Source of the DNA: Methanobacteriota archaeon | GTDB lineage: Archaea > Thermoplasmatota > Poseidoniia > Poseidoniales > Thalassarchaeaceae | DNA: 48,460 bases | Direction: 5' to 3' | Assembly (NCBI GenBank): GCA_002726275.1 | Contig: PBSO01000008.1 | Span: 20,673 to 69,132 of the forward strand | In this document: piece after piece, positions 1 to 8,949 of the stretch | How positions within the stretch are numbered: the first letter of the stretch is position 1 | How the letters are laid out: each line of letters starts with the position of its first letter | Translations under genes and position numbers: made by a program | Notes under the pieces: model-generated | What the model saw: only the letters and a program-made list of their open reading frames with translations | Databases searched by the model: none | What the model was told of the DNA's origin: nothing

Positions 1-3000
1 CCGGTCCACATTTCCTCGAAAACGTTCGTGCATGCAGTAAGTGCCCGGTTCAGATTCATCCTGTAAAGTCCTAGCACTCCATCCTTTTCCGTGATGACAA
101 TCCCGCCTTCTTCATCCATATCAATTATTTCTATGGGGGTCTCTCCGACAGAGAATGACGCCGACCTAGAGCCAGTAAGGCTCGTCTCGTCAACTAGAAT
201 GTACGACTCAATCTGGTTATTCGACCAATCCAAATCAGCCAGGGTGGATCCTGCTAATGTTACCCTCACTTCTATCGGCCCGGACTCGTTAACCCAGTGG
301 GCAAAAGAAACTTGAGATGCACCTTGGCCAACAACCAGTGAAATCACAGTAGATGAGATCGATTCCCATCCCAATGAATTCCTAATCTCGAGAGTCGCCT
401 CGACATTTGTGGCATCACTGGATCCAAGATTGTCTACTCTGGCAGTCACTAGGAACTGTTCCGAGGGACGAGGTATCGCTGGCTCGGTCCGAACTGCACC
501 TTCTCTCAATGCCAGGTCTATCCCCTGGGGTCGCTGGAGGATTGGGAATGTCAAGGACTGCTCATTATCGTCCTCGTTTATCTCCTCGATATTGTTTGAT
601 GGATCAAGTGACACAGTCAGCAGCTTCTCTCCAACTGTCGAAGGATTCCAGTAAAGCACAATCTCTACGATGTCGCCACTTCCAATACTTGGAATGACAA
701 TCTCATCCTTCCTAGCGCCGTTTTCCTTAAGGAAAACGCTAACCTCGGATGCATCCAGATCTCCATCGTTACGAACCTCGCACCTTACTTCAAGGAATGT
801 GTTCACATAAGCTTCAGAGATGGTAATCCCGTATTCGTCTACAGATATGCCACTCCTGAAAATTAAGTCTGGTGCAGGTGGGTCGTTGTCAACCTCTACA
901 GTCCTCCTAACCTCCTCGGAATGCACCCCATCACCACTAATAATTCTGACAGAGATTCTGTAGAATCCGTCATTCACATCCTCTGTGTTCCAGTTTACAG
1001 ACCAGTCTCCTGAGCCACTTCCGCTTCCACCAAATTGGTCTATGTTTTCCCAAGAATCAGTCCCGAGCCTCCATTGTACAGTGCCACCATTAACAGACTC
1101 CCATGTGCCATACACGTTCGTATTGCCCGAAATCGGAGTCTGCCCACTCGGTCCACCTAGTCCGATAGAGACCAGGCCCACAGAGTGCTCGCTCTTCTCT
1201 ATCTTGCTCCATTGTTCAAACTGATTGCGAGCTTGAACCTCGACAATAATTTCCTCAATATTAATTTCATCTTCGCTGAACTCGGGGACGCTGAAAGGAG
1301 AGGACCAATTTACAGTTCCCTGGGCGGTATGCCAGTCTAGTAGGGTCCCGGTTTGTTTTGGTGAGTCATCCGGCCTGTGGGTGTAGGTAATTCGAACCTT
1401 CACTTCTTCGATTGTCCCATTGGTATCTGCATCTTCATCTATGTGCCCCCTGACGCTGTACGTCTCTCCCTCGACTAGCCAGGAATCTTCCTCCGGAGTT
1501 TCGATTACAATCCACTCACCAGCACCTGCTGGCGGGGGATCTGTGACGTTGTCGCCACCTCCTCCACCTGTGTCATCTCCAAGAATCGCCTGTAGGACCA
1601 TCTCTCCGTCAACTATTCCGAATCCATATTGGTCGTTCCACCTTTGACTAACGCCCGGCTCTGATGGTTCCCCTCTAGTTTCCGAGTTGTTTCTTAGAAT
1701 ATCTTTAATCTCCTGAGGTGACAGTCCATCGTCCATTTGTAGCATCCCAGCAATGAAGCCTGCCACCGCTGGCGTGGACATGCTGGTTCCTGACATCTGT
1801 ACATAGTTGTCGCTAGCCAGAGGCTTGGGCGACCCAGGTAATTGTGAACTAGAAGCAGCGTGCTGTGCTGACATAATATTGGATCCCGGAGCGACCACAT
1901 CTGGCTTCAACTCGTCCCACTCGTCGTCATCTCCGTCATCCTCTCTCGGGCCAGAATTAGAATAGGAGGCAATTGAGTCATCGCCCCTTTCAATACTGGC
2001 CTTGTCATCTGTGGCTCCGACAGTAATGGCAGAGTCCGCCGCACCAACCGATGTTACTCTTCTATATCCATCATTTCCAATCGCAGCTACACAAACAATG
2101 CCGGCGTCAGAAGCTGCATTCACTGCATTGGCATCCGCACCCGTTCCGTTGTCCCCGGGATCGTCACCAGTGGGGTTTGAACTGCTGCCAAAAGACATGG
2201 AAAGAATGTCTATCCCTCTGCTAGAGTCATTATTTCCCCAGTCAGTATTTACATTCTGTACTGCCCAGTTTATCCCCGCGACAGTATAACCGGAATTTGA
2301 TGCCCCCGCATCAGTCATGACTTTGATGTCAACTAGGTAGGCACCTGGTGCGTAACCTTGGTTTTCCCTTTCAGAATCTCCCGTCCCTAGTGCTATTCCT
2401 GCAACGTGCGTTCCGTGTCCATCGCCATCATCGGGGTCATCTCCGCCATCATCGCAGTCTTGTTGATTCCATGATGTGGCATCACACCCGGCAACCCATT
2501 TTGGGTCTGGTAGCTCATCCGGCTCAGCTTCATTGTCGTCATTGTTGTCGGAGAAGTCGTCCAGTGAGAAATGCTCGTTGTCCACGCCAGTATCGGCAAT
2601 TGCAATAACAACTCCCGAGCCATCATATCCATAGTCCCTCATAGTTTCACTGTAGACATCAGAGTCCCTCACCTTAGACCCTCTAGGAGCAGTATTGAGG
2701 TAAGGAACAAGGACGTTCTGCTGCTCAACCAGAACAACTCCTTCGAGCATCAGGATGTCTATTAGGGAACTCACTGGAACGTGCTCTATAATCACGGTAT
2801 CAATAATCTCAACAGTCCTGAAGTAAGAGCCATATTCTTCCCACCCATGTTCAGCTAGAACTTCTTTCAGCCTGTCAATGTCGTCTGAACCGGGATGCCA
2901 AGCATAGTCCACGAAAATAGCGACGGTCATCCTACCGTCATCCCCTAATATGGCACTAGTCGAGACCGACTCACGTTCTCCTGAGATAATCCACTGTAGT

Positions 3001-3293
3001 CTATCGTCCATTCCGTTATTGTCTTGATCATACCAATATGCAAACCACCAACCGGGTTCTTGTACGGGCCACTCAACATTATGGGGTGGCAAGTAAGGAG
3101 CTCGGTCTTTCAACTCACAAACTTCATCACCGCAATAGAGGGGTGGGATTTGTTTGTCTGCAATTTCTGAAATACCATCTTCAGGAGCCATTTCGCCGTG
3201 GGCCTCTCCAGCAGTCGCCCCTCCCGAGAAGTCGAGAAGAATGAGCATCAGGGCTGCCAGTATTGACTGCCTCCCTGACCAGTCTTCTCGCAT
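1..3293 (-). CDS. Secreted subtilisin-like (peptidase S8) serine protease with C-terminal CARDB-type domains; C-terminus lies beyond the window
   Basis: Absent from the ORF track because it has no stop inside the window. I translated the minus strand from ATG 3293..3291 down to base 3 (about 1097 codons) without meeting a stop. N-terminal hydrophobic signal-like segment MREDWSGRQSILAALMLILL. S8 triad motifs IAIADTGVD, HGTHVAG and SGTSMSTP. Then CARDB-like modules, e.g. VRCEVRNDGDLDASEV...LDPSNNIEEINEDDN. Confidence 0.85.
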   Translation of the reverse strand, partial: MREDWSGRQSILAALMLILLDFSGGATAGEAHGEMAPEDGISEIADKQIPPLYCGDEVCELKDRAPYLPPHNVEWPVQEPGWWFAYWYDQDNNGMDDRLQWIISGERESVSTSAILGDDGRMTVAIFVDYAWHPGSDDIDRLKEVLAEHGWEEYGSYFRTVEIIDTVIIEHVPVSSLIDILMLEGVVLVEQQNVLVPYLNTAPRGSKVRDSDVYSETMRDYGYDGSGVVIAIADTGVDNEHFSLDDFSDNNDDNEAEPDELPDPKWVAGCDATSWNQQDCDDGGDDPDDGDGHGTHVAGIALGTGDSERENQGYAPGAYLVDIKVMTDAGASNSGYTVAGINWAVQNVNTDWGNNDSSRGIDILSMSFGSSSNPTGDDPGDNGTGADANAVNAASDAGIVCVAAIGNDGYRRVTSVGAADSAITVGATDDKASIERGDDSIASYSNSGPREDDGDDDEWDELKPDVVAPGSNIMSAQHAASSSQLPGSPKPLASDNYVQMSGTSMSTPAVAGFIAGMLQMDDGLSPQEIKDILRNNSETRGEPSEPGVSQRWNDQYGFGIVDGEMVLQAILGDDTGGGGGDNVTDPPPAGAGEWIVIETPEEDSWLVEGETYSVRGHIDEDADTNGTIEEVKVRITYTHRPDDSPKQTGTLLDWHTAQGTVNWSSPFSVPEFSEDEINIEEIIVEVQARNQFEQWSKIEKSEHSVGLVSIGLGGPSGQTPISGNTNVYGTWESVNGGTVQWRLGTDSWENIDQFGGSGSGSGDWSVNWNTEDVNDGFYRISVRIISGDGVHSEEVRRTVEVDNDPPAPDLIFRSGISVDEYGITISEAYVNTFLEVRCEVRNDGDLDASEVSVFLKENGARKDEIVIPSIGSGDIVEIVLYWNPSTVGEKLLTVSLDPSNNIEEINEDDNEQSLTFPILQRPQGIDLALREGAVRTEPAIPRPSEQFLVTARVDNLGSSDATNVEATLEIRNSLGWESISSTVISLVVGQGASQVSFAHWVNESGPIEVRVTLAGSTLADLDWSNNQIESYILVDETSLTGSRSASFSVGETPIEIIDMDEEGGIVITEKDGVLGLYRMNLNRALTACTNVFEEMWT

Positions 3294-3310
3294 GGCTCTC
3301 CTAGAGAGCC
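3294..3310 (-). promoter_or_regulatory. Perfect 7-bp stem / 3-nt loop hairpin abutting the protease start codon and containing its AGGAG Shine-Dalgarno-like element
   Basis: Plus strand GGCTCTC-CTA-GAGAGCC at 3294..3310. On the minus strand this reads GGCUCUC-UAG-GAGAGCC followed directly by AUG. Confidence 0.4.
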
Positions 3311-3323
3311 AATTTACGGCCCT

Positions 3324-3331
3324 GTATAATC
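3324..3331 (-). promoter_or_regulatory. Candidate archaeal TATA box (GATTATAC on minus strand) 30 nt upstream of the S8 protease ATG
   Basis: AT-rich octamer in the 67-nt spacer between the rhomboid stop and the protease start. Similar GGTTATAC / GGTTATGA elements lie 23 nt upstream of two other start codons in this window. Confidence 0.3.
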
Positions 3332-3360
3332 TCAACCTGCCCTAGTTCGGAAAAACGGCT

Positions 3361-4458
3361 CTATGGCCAGTTCACGTGCTTGTTCGAGATATTGCATTCT
3401 ATGTGACAATCCAAACCCGAAACAACAGCCACAATCTCTCCCTCGCAAATCGGACAAATTGTGTGTTCAGACAACTCCTCTAGCCAAGCTCTCCTGGTTT
3501 CGGGCTCATCACCCTCCCCTCTAAGGCGGGCCAGTACCCTAGCAGCTTGTCCTTCCAGAGGCTTCCCCGCTTCCATCCACGGATCAGACTCAAGAATTCC
3601 CATATCGAAAGTACGTGCGGATGGGACCGACTCACCATCAAGCCCGCCAGAAGGAGAATAGGGCCCACCTCTTGCTATTGGTCGTGCCAATGCATATGCT
3701 AAGAAGAAGCCACCAACATGGGCCATGTGTGCCACGGTACTCTCTCCAGCAGTCCCGCTTTGAATGGAATACATCTGCCAGACTTCCAGTCCCAATCTGA
3801 CAAAGACGATGATCCATATCGGCCATGCCCTGATTAGGAAAAGTAGGGGAAATTCAACTTCATCGTTCGGCCAGCATGACATGTAAGCACCCAGTAAACC
3901 GAACGCAGCACCACTCGCACCTATGGCAGGGATTAGCGAATCTGGATGTGTCACGGTCCATGCAATGTTTCCCCCCATGAAACCCAATGCGTAAACAGCG
4001 ATCCAACGTCCCTTGCCGAGCCGCTGCTCTAGTGGGATTCCAACTAGCGAAATCACCAATACATTACTCAGAACGTGTATCCAGTCCGCATGCATCCAAG
4101 CCGAACTAAGAAACCTATAGGATTCGCCAGGGTCATCCATTATTGCGGGCTTTATCCCGAAAACCCCGATAGGCCAGTCAAATTGCATCGGAATTCCCGA
4201 AATGATCGAATTTGAGAACTGGAGGAACGATACAAGCATCAGTGAAAGGACTGTTGCAAGTGCGACACTGGTGTCATTCTTCCTCGCAGCGAGATAGGGA
4301 GATGTGGCAACAACGGCAAAAAGCACTGCCATCAAAGCATCTTGTGTTCCGAGACTTGTCAATGAGCCTGACATGTTACTGCACTGTCCAGTCAAACGCC
4401 ACCAATAGTGGCTTCTATCCATGGAACGACTCAAACGGTCGTTATGACTCGCGTACAT
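3361..4458 (-). CDS. Rhomboid-family intramembrane serine protease with C-terminal cytoplasmic Cys-rich (zinc-ribbon-like) tail
   Basis: 365-aa ORF. Rhomboid motifs WMHADWIHVLSNV (H..xN), GASGAAFGLLGAY (GxSG) and HMAHVGGFF, with multiple hydrophobic helices. C-terminal CPICEGE...CHIEC. The start could instead be an internal ATG at 4422 or 4374. Confidence 0.85.
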   Translation of the reverse strand: MYASHNDRLSRSMDRSHYWWRLTGQCSNMSGSLTSLGTQDALMAVLFAVVATSPYLAARKNDTSVALATVLSLMLVSFLQFSNSIISGIPMQFDWPIGVFGIKPAIMDDPGESYRFLSSAWMHADWIHVLSNVLVISLVGIPLEQRLGKGRWIAVYALGFMGGNIAWTVTHPDSLIPAIGASGAAFGLLGAYMSCWPNDEVEFPLLFLIRAWPIWIIVFVRLGLEVWQMYSIQSGTAGESTVAHMAHVGGFFLAYALARPIARGGPYSPSGGLDGESVPSARTFDMGILESDPWMEAGKPLEGQAARVLARLRGEGDEPETRRAWLEELSEHTICPICEGEIVAVVSGLDCHIECNISNKHVNWP

Positions 4459-4470
4459 CGGAGGGGGGAC

Positions 4471-5889
4471 ATGCTACGGATTTCCAATCTAGAGGTTCAT
4501 AGGGGTTCTAGAGTGGTCCTCTCGGGATTGGAATTACAGGTCGCTGCCGGAGAAGTACTGGCTTTAGAAGGTAAGAACGGCTCGGGAAAGACATCGCTAA
4601 TTGAGTCGTGTGCAGGGATCCTTCCTCTCACAAGTGGCAAGATTGAGTGGATGTCTCCAAACGGCAAATGGTTGACTGTGAGGGATTCAGAGGGCAGAAG
4701 AGAGAGGCCCCCTTTGATGGGGCTAACTCTCCAGTCGGATGGCATTTGTGGCGAAGAAACAGTTGAGGAGAGGCTAATGACTTCAATCGGAATATTCGGC
4801 CTAGATCCACCTGAACAAGACATAACATCAATTCTGTCTGATTGGGGACTTGAGCACAGGAGGGGGGACAGAGTCTCCCAATTGTCTGGCGGACTAAAGA
4901 GAAGACTCTCAGTACTCTCTGGATTGGCCCCAGTTGTTCTTAGCAGTAATCCCTCAGTAGCTCTTCTGGATGAGCCATCCGAGGGTCTCGACTCAGCTGC
5001 AAGAAAGACCCTCTCTAGTTGGATCGGCGAACTTTCTTCCCGTGGCCATGCCATCATTGTTGCCACACATGATCAAGAACTTATCACCGAGTCAACAAGG
5101 GTGATTTCCATCGACTCAGGCTCCTTTTCTGAGTCCAGAGGAAAAGGTCCCACGGGTTCCGCGAAACTTCCGGATGCTTGTTCAATGCATGACCCTAGTC
5201 CAATACTATCGTTGGCCAAGTGGGCCCTAAATGTAGAGAGAAGAAATCCCATTGACACAATTGGGAGGCTCACTCCCGCCATATTGGCACTTCTACTGTC
5301 ATTCACTATTCTTGGAGGAATTGACATCCCCCAGGACGCCTCGGTGAGCACACATATCGGTTACGATTTGATCGCCGCCCTTGTCCTCGTTCCAGCCTTC
5401 ATTACCGCCGTTGTGTCACCAGCCCTAGTTCGCAGGCTCTCGGATGAGGGATGTGGACGTTGGTGGACTGCCATGCTGGGGCCGATGGCGAGGCCTGCAA
5501 ATTCAGTGATATCGGCATCGATAATATTGCCTATTCCGTTAACCTACGTTTCTTGGTTCGTATTGAGTGGCTCTATTCCCGAGGAAACTTCTGATGAGGT
5601 ATTGAGATGGCTATGGCTACCGGCAATAGTCATCATCGATGTGTCCTGCGCAGCATCCGCACTCCATCTTCTGGTCGCAGACCTGAGGAGGTCAAGTGCT
5701 GTGGCCGCCTCCTTGCTACTTGCCGTACTCGTCTGGCCATTTCTTGAGCTCATGGATGCACTATCCGTCATCATGACCTCAGGAATGTCCTTCGATTTGG
5801 AAATCGGAAGCCCGCTTTCCTCCTGTATCATTGCAAGCCTCACGGCAGCTATGGTTTGGACAGTAGCGGTATTCTTGCCAGAATATTAG
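4471..5889 (+). CDS. ABC ATPase (CcmA-like heme exporter subunit) fused to a polytopic membrane domain (CcmB-like by position)
   Basis: ORF 4408..5889. Start placed at ATG 4471 (MLRISNLEV...) to avoid overlapping the divergent rhomboid start. Walker A GKNGSGKTS, signature LSGGLKRRL, Walker B LLDEPSEGLD. About 240 aa of hydrophobic helices follow. Sits immediately upstream of and overlapping ccmC. The CcmB assignment of the membrane half is contextual. Confidence 0.7.
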   Translation: MLRISNLEVHRGSRVVLSGLELQVAAGEVLALEGKNGSGKTSLIESCAGILPLTSGKIEWMSPNGKWLTVRDSEGRRERPPLMGLTLQSDGICGEETVEERLMTSIGIFGLDPPEQDITSILSDWGLEHRRGDRVSQLSGGLKRRLSVLSGLAPVVLSSNPSVALLDEPSEGLDSAARKTLSSWIGELSSRGHAIIVATHDQELITESTRVISIDSGSFSESRGKGPTGSAKLPDACSMHDPSPILSLAKWALNVERRNPIDTIGRLTPAILALLLSFTILGGIDIPQDASVSTHIGYDLIAALVLVPAFITAVVSPALVRRLSDEGCGRWWTAMLGPMARPANSVISASIILPIPLTYVSWFVLSGSIPEETSDEVLRWLWLPAIVIIDVSCAASALHLLVADLRRSSAVAASLLLAVLVWPFLELMDALSVIMTSGMSFDLEIGSPLSSCIIASLTAAMVWTVAVFLPEY

Positions 5890-6641
5890 GGAAGAGCATT
5901 CTTGGCCTTGGTTGGTTTGGACGCTCCATGCCTTCCCAGAGGGACATCGGTTTCACTCTGACATTTTTGGGCATATTGGGCGCAATAGCGACATTACTAT
6001 TGGGCCTTTTTTGGGCGCCATTGGTCGACCCAGAATCATGGAACGCCCCCGAGGCATATCGGATTCTATACTGGCACGTTCCTTTCGCTTGGTCCTCATT
6101 CTTAGCATTCTCAATGTTATTTGTAGGTGCGATATCGTGGTACAGAAGTAGGAGCGAGTGGGGTTGGAGGTGGGTTTCAACTGGATCAGACCTAGGGCTC
6201 CTTTTCGGCCTTGGTGTGGTGACTTCAGGGCCCATCTGGGGCTCCGCGGAGTGGGGCGTCCCTTGGGACTGGGGCGACTTGCGACTGAACACGTTCGCAC
6301 TACTGACCGCTGTTGCCTTTTTCTTGGTCCTCTCTAAGAGGTCTCAGCCAGATGGCCAAGATACCAGGGACACCCTTGCTGCCATAGGGCTGTTCGGATT
6401 CGCACTAGTGCCAATCACGGCTATTGCAACCACATGGTATCAGGAGAGGCACCCCGGGGTCGTTGTGGTAAACAGTGAAGAGTCAGGCCTAGATCCACAG
6501 ATCCTTTCAGTTCTAATATTCGGATTTGTTTCTTTCCTACTCCTTTTCATCGGTTTAGCAATTCTGACTGACTTAGTTCAGAAACTGGAGCAGAGACTCG
6601 AGAATCATATGTTAGAGTTGGACGAGGGGGTGGCTAATTGA
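5856..6641 (+). CDS. ccmC: Heme exporter protein C (CcmC), cytochrome c maturation system I
   Basis: Tryptophan-rich WWD motif WGSAEWGVPWDWGDLRLN. Flanking conserved His in ILYWHVPFAW and WYQERHPG. Polytopic. TTG start at 5856; the alternative is ATG 5928. Confidence 0.85.
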   Translation: MDSSGILARILGKSILGLGWFGRSMPSQRDIGFTLTFLGILGAIATLLLGLFWAPLVDPESWNAPEAYRILYWHVPFAWSSFLAFSMLFVGAISWYRSRSEWGWRWVSTGSDLGLLFGLGVVTSGPIWGSAEWGVPWDWGDLRLNTFALLTAVAFFLVLSKRSQPDGQDTRDTLAAIGLFGFALVPITAIATTWYQERHPGVVVVNSEESGLDPQILSVLIFGFVSFLLLFIGLAILTDLVQKLEQRLENHMLELDEGVAN

Positions 6642-6769
6642 CTGGAGAAGTTGAGCTTTATTCTGCCTACGCCGTCCTTACATTTCTGATCGGTTACTAC
6701 GTAAATAACATCAGGAGTAGATTATTGGAATTGGAATCAAGAATTTACGAATCGCCTCAGGAAAAATAG
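6638..6769 (+). CDS. Small single-pass membrane protein, CcmD-like by size and position
   Basis: Not in the ORF track (43 aa). TTG start overlaps the ccmC TGA in a TTGA junction. Translation: (M)TGEVELYSAYAVLTFLIGYYVNNIRSRLLELESRIYESPQEK, i.e. one hydrophobic helix then a basic/charged tail, as in CcmD. Assignment is by position and shape only. Confidence 0.4.
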   Translation: MTGEVELYSAYAVLTFLIGYYVNNIRSRLLELESRIYESPQEK

Positions 6770-6850
6770 CCAAATTTCAAGATTGTAGTGGCCTGTCGGA
6801 CATTGGTAACCCTTCTAACGGGAAGTCGGGGCGGCTTATCGAGGATTGGC

Positions 6851-7909
6851 ATGTCAAGCGGAGCATTTTGCATTGTTTGCGGCGCTCCCCCGCCACTAAC
6901 TTCGGATAGAATGTGCGAGACCTGCCTCAGGGCGAGAGTGAAACTTTCCACAATGCCAGAAAGAATACAGCAAGACAGATGCTCCAAGTGCGGCTTCTTC
7001 GAGGTAAGGGGCAGATGGACAGAGATCGAGGGGGATAGTCTAGCGGATCTGAGAATAAGGGAGAACCTGATGGTGGAGGACAGGTCAAAGCAAGTATCGG
7101 TAAGCTTCGCAGTTGAGCCAATAGACGAGAGAACCTCGAGACTCCACGTGGACGTTGGAGGCGTCGTAGAAAGCCACGAGTTCTCCGACTCACATTCCGT
7201 GCTTCTCCAGACCAGCAACGCAGTATGCCCCACCTGCACTAGAAAGGCCGGCTCGTACTTCGAGGCAGTAATGCAGCTGAGATCCGCAGGCAGGAGGCTC
7301 GAGGAAGAAGAATTAGAATCCCTTAGGTCGACATTAGATGAAATGCTATCTGCGATGGAGCCCGATCCGATGTTCTTCATCTCCGAGGAGGGCAAAGTAA
7401 CAGGAGGATGGGATCTGAAACTCGGCTCGAAGGCGATGGCAAGGAGATGGGCCAGAGATCTAGTAAGGAAGTTCGGGGGGACCGTGAAGGAGACCTCAAC
7501 AGTAATCGGCGCAAATGACGGAATCGAAGTGTCAAGGTTGACTCTCAGCTACAGAAAGCCAGCCTATGGGATTGGGGACGTCCTCAATTTCAGAGGGTCC
7601 CTGTGGTTGGTGGAGAGCTGGCAGAAGGAGGGCCCGATATTAAGAAAAATGAATAGATTCGAAAGATCAGGATTCTCCTGGAGGGATATGGAGGCTAGCT
7701 CAGTAGTATGCTCATATCCAGAACAGCATGTGGTCAGCATACTCAACAGGGACAGCTCAGCAGCAGAAGTAATGGACCCAACCGACTTCAAAGTCGTCGC
7801 AGTTGCCCTCCCCTACGATGATGACGGAAACTCAGATGAGTTACGCATCGGATTCATAGAAGACGAGTGGCTCGCAATTCCTGTAGCCGGAAGGGGGGAA
7901 TCGAATTGA
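6851..7909 (+). CDS. NMD3-family protein (archaeal homologue of the 60S subunit export/biogenesis adaptor)
   Basis: ORF 6788..7909, first ATG at 6851. N-terminal Cys clusters CIVCG...CETC, CSKCG and CPTCTRKAGSYFEAVMQLR match the NMD3 zinc-binding N-domain pattern. Confidence 0.8.
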   Translation: MSSGAFCIVCGAPPPLTSDRMCETCLRARVKLSTMPERIQQDRCSKCGFFEVRGRWTEIEGDSLADLRIRENLMVEDRSKQVSVSFAVEPIDERTSRLHVDVGGVVESHEFSDSHSVLLQTSNAVCPTCTRKAGSYFEAVMQLRSAGRRLEEEELESLRSTLDEMLSAMEPDPMFFISEEGKVTGGWDLKLGSKAMARRWARDLVRKFGGTVKETSTVIGANDGIEVSRLTLSYRKPAYGIGDVLNFRGSLWLVESWQKEGPILRKMNRFERSGFSWRDMEASSVVCSYPEQHVVSILNRDSSAAEVMDPTDFKVVAVALPYDDDGNSDELRIGFIEDEWLAIPVAGRGESN

Positions 7910-8949
7910 CTCCAGATGAGGTAAAGTCACTGATACGCAAACTAGACTCTGCCGACATGATAGGCTTCACCAGGAGCTTCGTCGATGATTTCGAGAGCGC
8001 CTTGAAATCCGATATCGGATTAGATGGCGACGATGACTGGAGTGGCGTACTTTGTATTGGCATGGGTGGATCAGGTGCAGGGGGACGGTTCTTATCCGCC
8101 CTCGCAGATTCAGAAGGAGGACTGCCCTTTGTCACTTGGAACGACTACGGCCTCCCTAGTTGGTGGGGCCCAGATTGGCTAGTCATGGTGACATCATACT
8201 CGGGGGAGACAGAAGAGACTCTGGACGGAGCCACGAAAGCAATTGAGAATGGGGGCACGGTCATTGGCATCTCATCAGGGGGGCGACTTTCCGATATCCT
8301 TGGCGGTAACGATGACTCCGTGTGCATCGATATACCGGGGGGCCAGACCCCAAGGTCCGCATTCGGCCACATTTTTGGAACCCAGTTGTCCGTCTGCTGG
8401 AGATTGGGCCTATTGCCATCGTTTCCCGAGGGCGAAATCGAGTCGATGATAAAACGGCTTAGATCAGCCTCATCAAGTTACGACTTAATTGGCGGCGATG
8501 GAATGCCGATCAATCTTGCATCGACCATTTCTGGTAAGGGATTAGGCATCGTCTCGCCCGGGGAAATGGGTCCGGCCGCATACAGATTTTCCTGCCAACT
8601 CAACGAGAACTCAAACTCATTCGCTAGACCCGCCGAGGTCCCTGAGATGAACCACAACGAGATCGTACCTTGGATGTCCGCAAACGCTGACTCCCAAGCT
8701 TTGGTCCTACTCACATGCGATGGAATAAACCCGAGGACCAAATCTCGGATTGACTGGATGATGGAAAATGTAGAGGGGCCAGTTGTCTGGAGGATAGATT
8801 GTGAGGGGGAGAGCCTTCTCGAGCGTCTCCTCTACGCAGCCCACGTGTCCGATTGGATTTCGATAGCACTGGCCTTGATCAATGGAGTAGACCCTTCTGA
8901 GATGGACGCGATATCGGGCCTGAAGGCGCACCTCTCGGTGATTCAGTAA
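7906..8949 (+). CDS. Bifunctional phosphoglucose/phosphomannose isomerase (SIS domain)
   Basis: ORF 7867..8949. GMGGSGAGGRF and TSYSGETEETL SIS motifs. Probable TTG start at 7906, overlapping the NMD3 TGA in a TTGA junction. An in-frame ATG at 7957 is the alternative. Confidence 0.8.
   Translation: MTPDEVKSLIRKLDSADMIGFTRSFVDDFESALKSDIGLDGDDDWSGVLCIGMGGSGAGGRFLSALADSEGGLPFVTWNDYGLPSWWGPDWLVMVTSYSGETEETLDGATKAIENGGTVIGISSGGRLSDILGGNDDSVCIDIPGGQTPRSAFGHIFGTQLSVCWRLGLLPSFPEGEIESMIKRLRSASSSYDLIGGDGMPINLASTISGKGLGIVSPGEMGPAAYRFSCQLNENSNSFARPAEVPEMNHNEIVPWMSANADSQALVLLTCDGINPRTKSRIDWMMENVEGPVVWRIDCEGESLLERLLYAAHVSDWISIALALINGVDPSEMDAISGLKAHLSVIQ

Noticed and set aside
6757-7395. 212-aa minus-strand ORF
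   Set aside because: It is antisense to the NMD3-family gene, Ser/Leu-rich and without motifs. The other long antisense ORFs are judged the same way: 4497..5066, 5849..6292, 10899..11402, 13897..14301, 22660..23124, 31404..31868, 34194..35000, 44159..45105 and 47113..47607.
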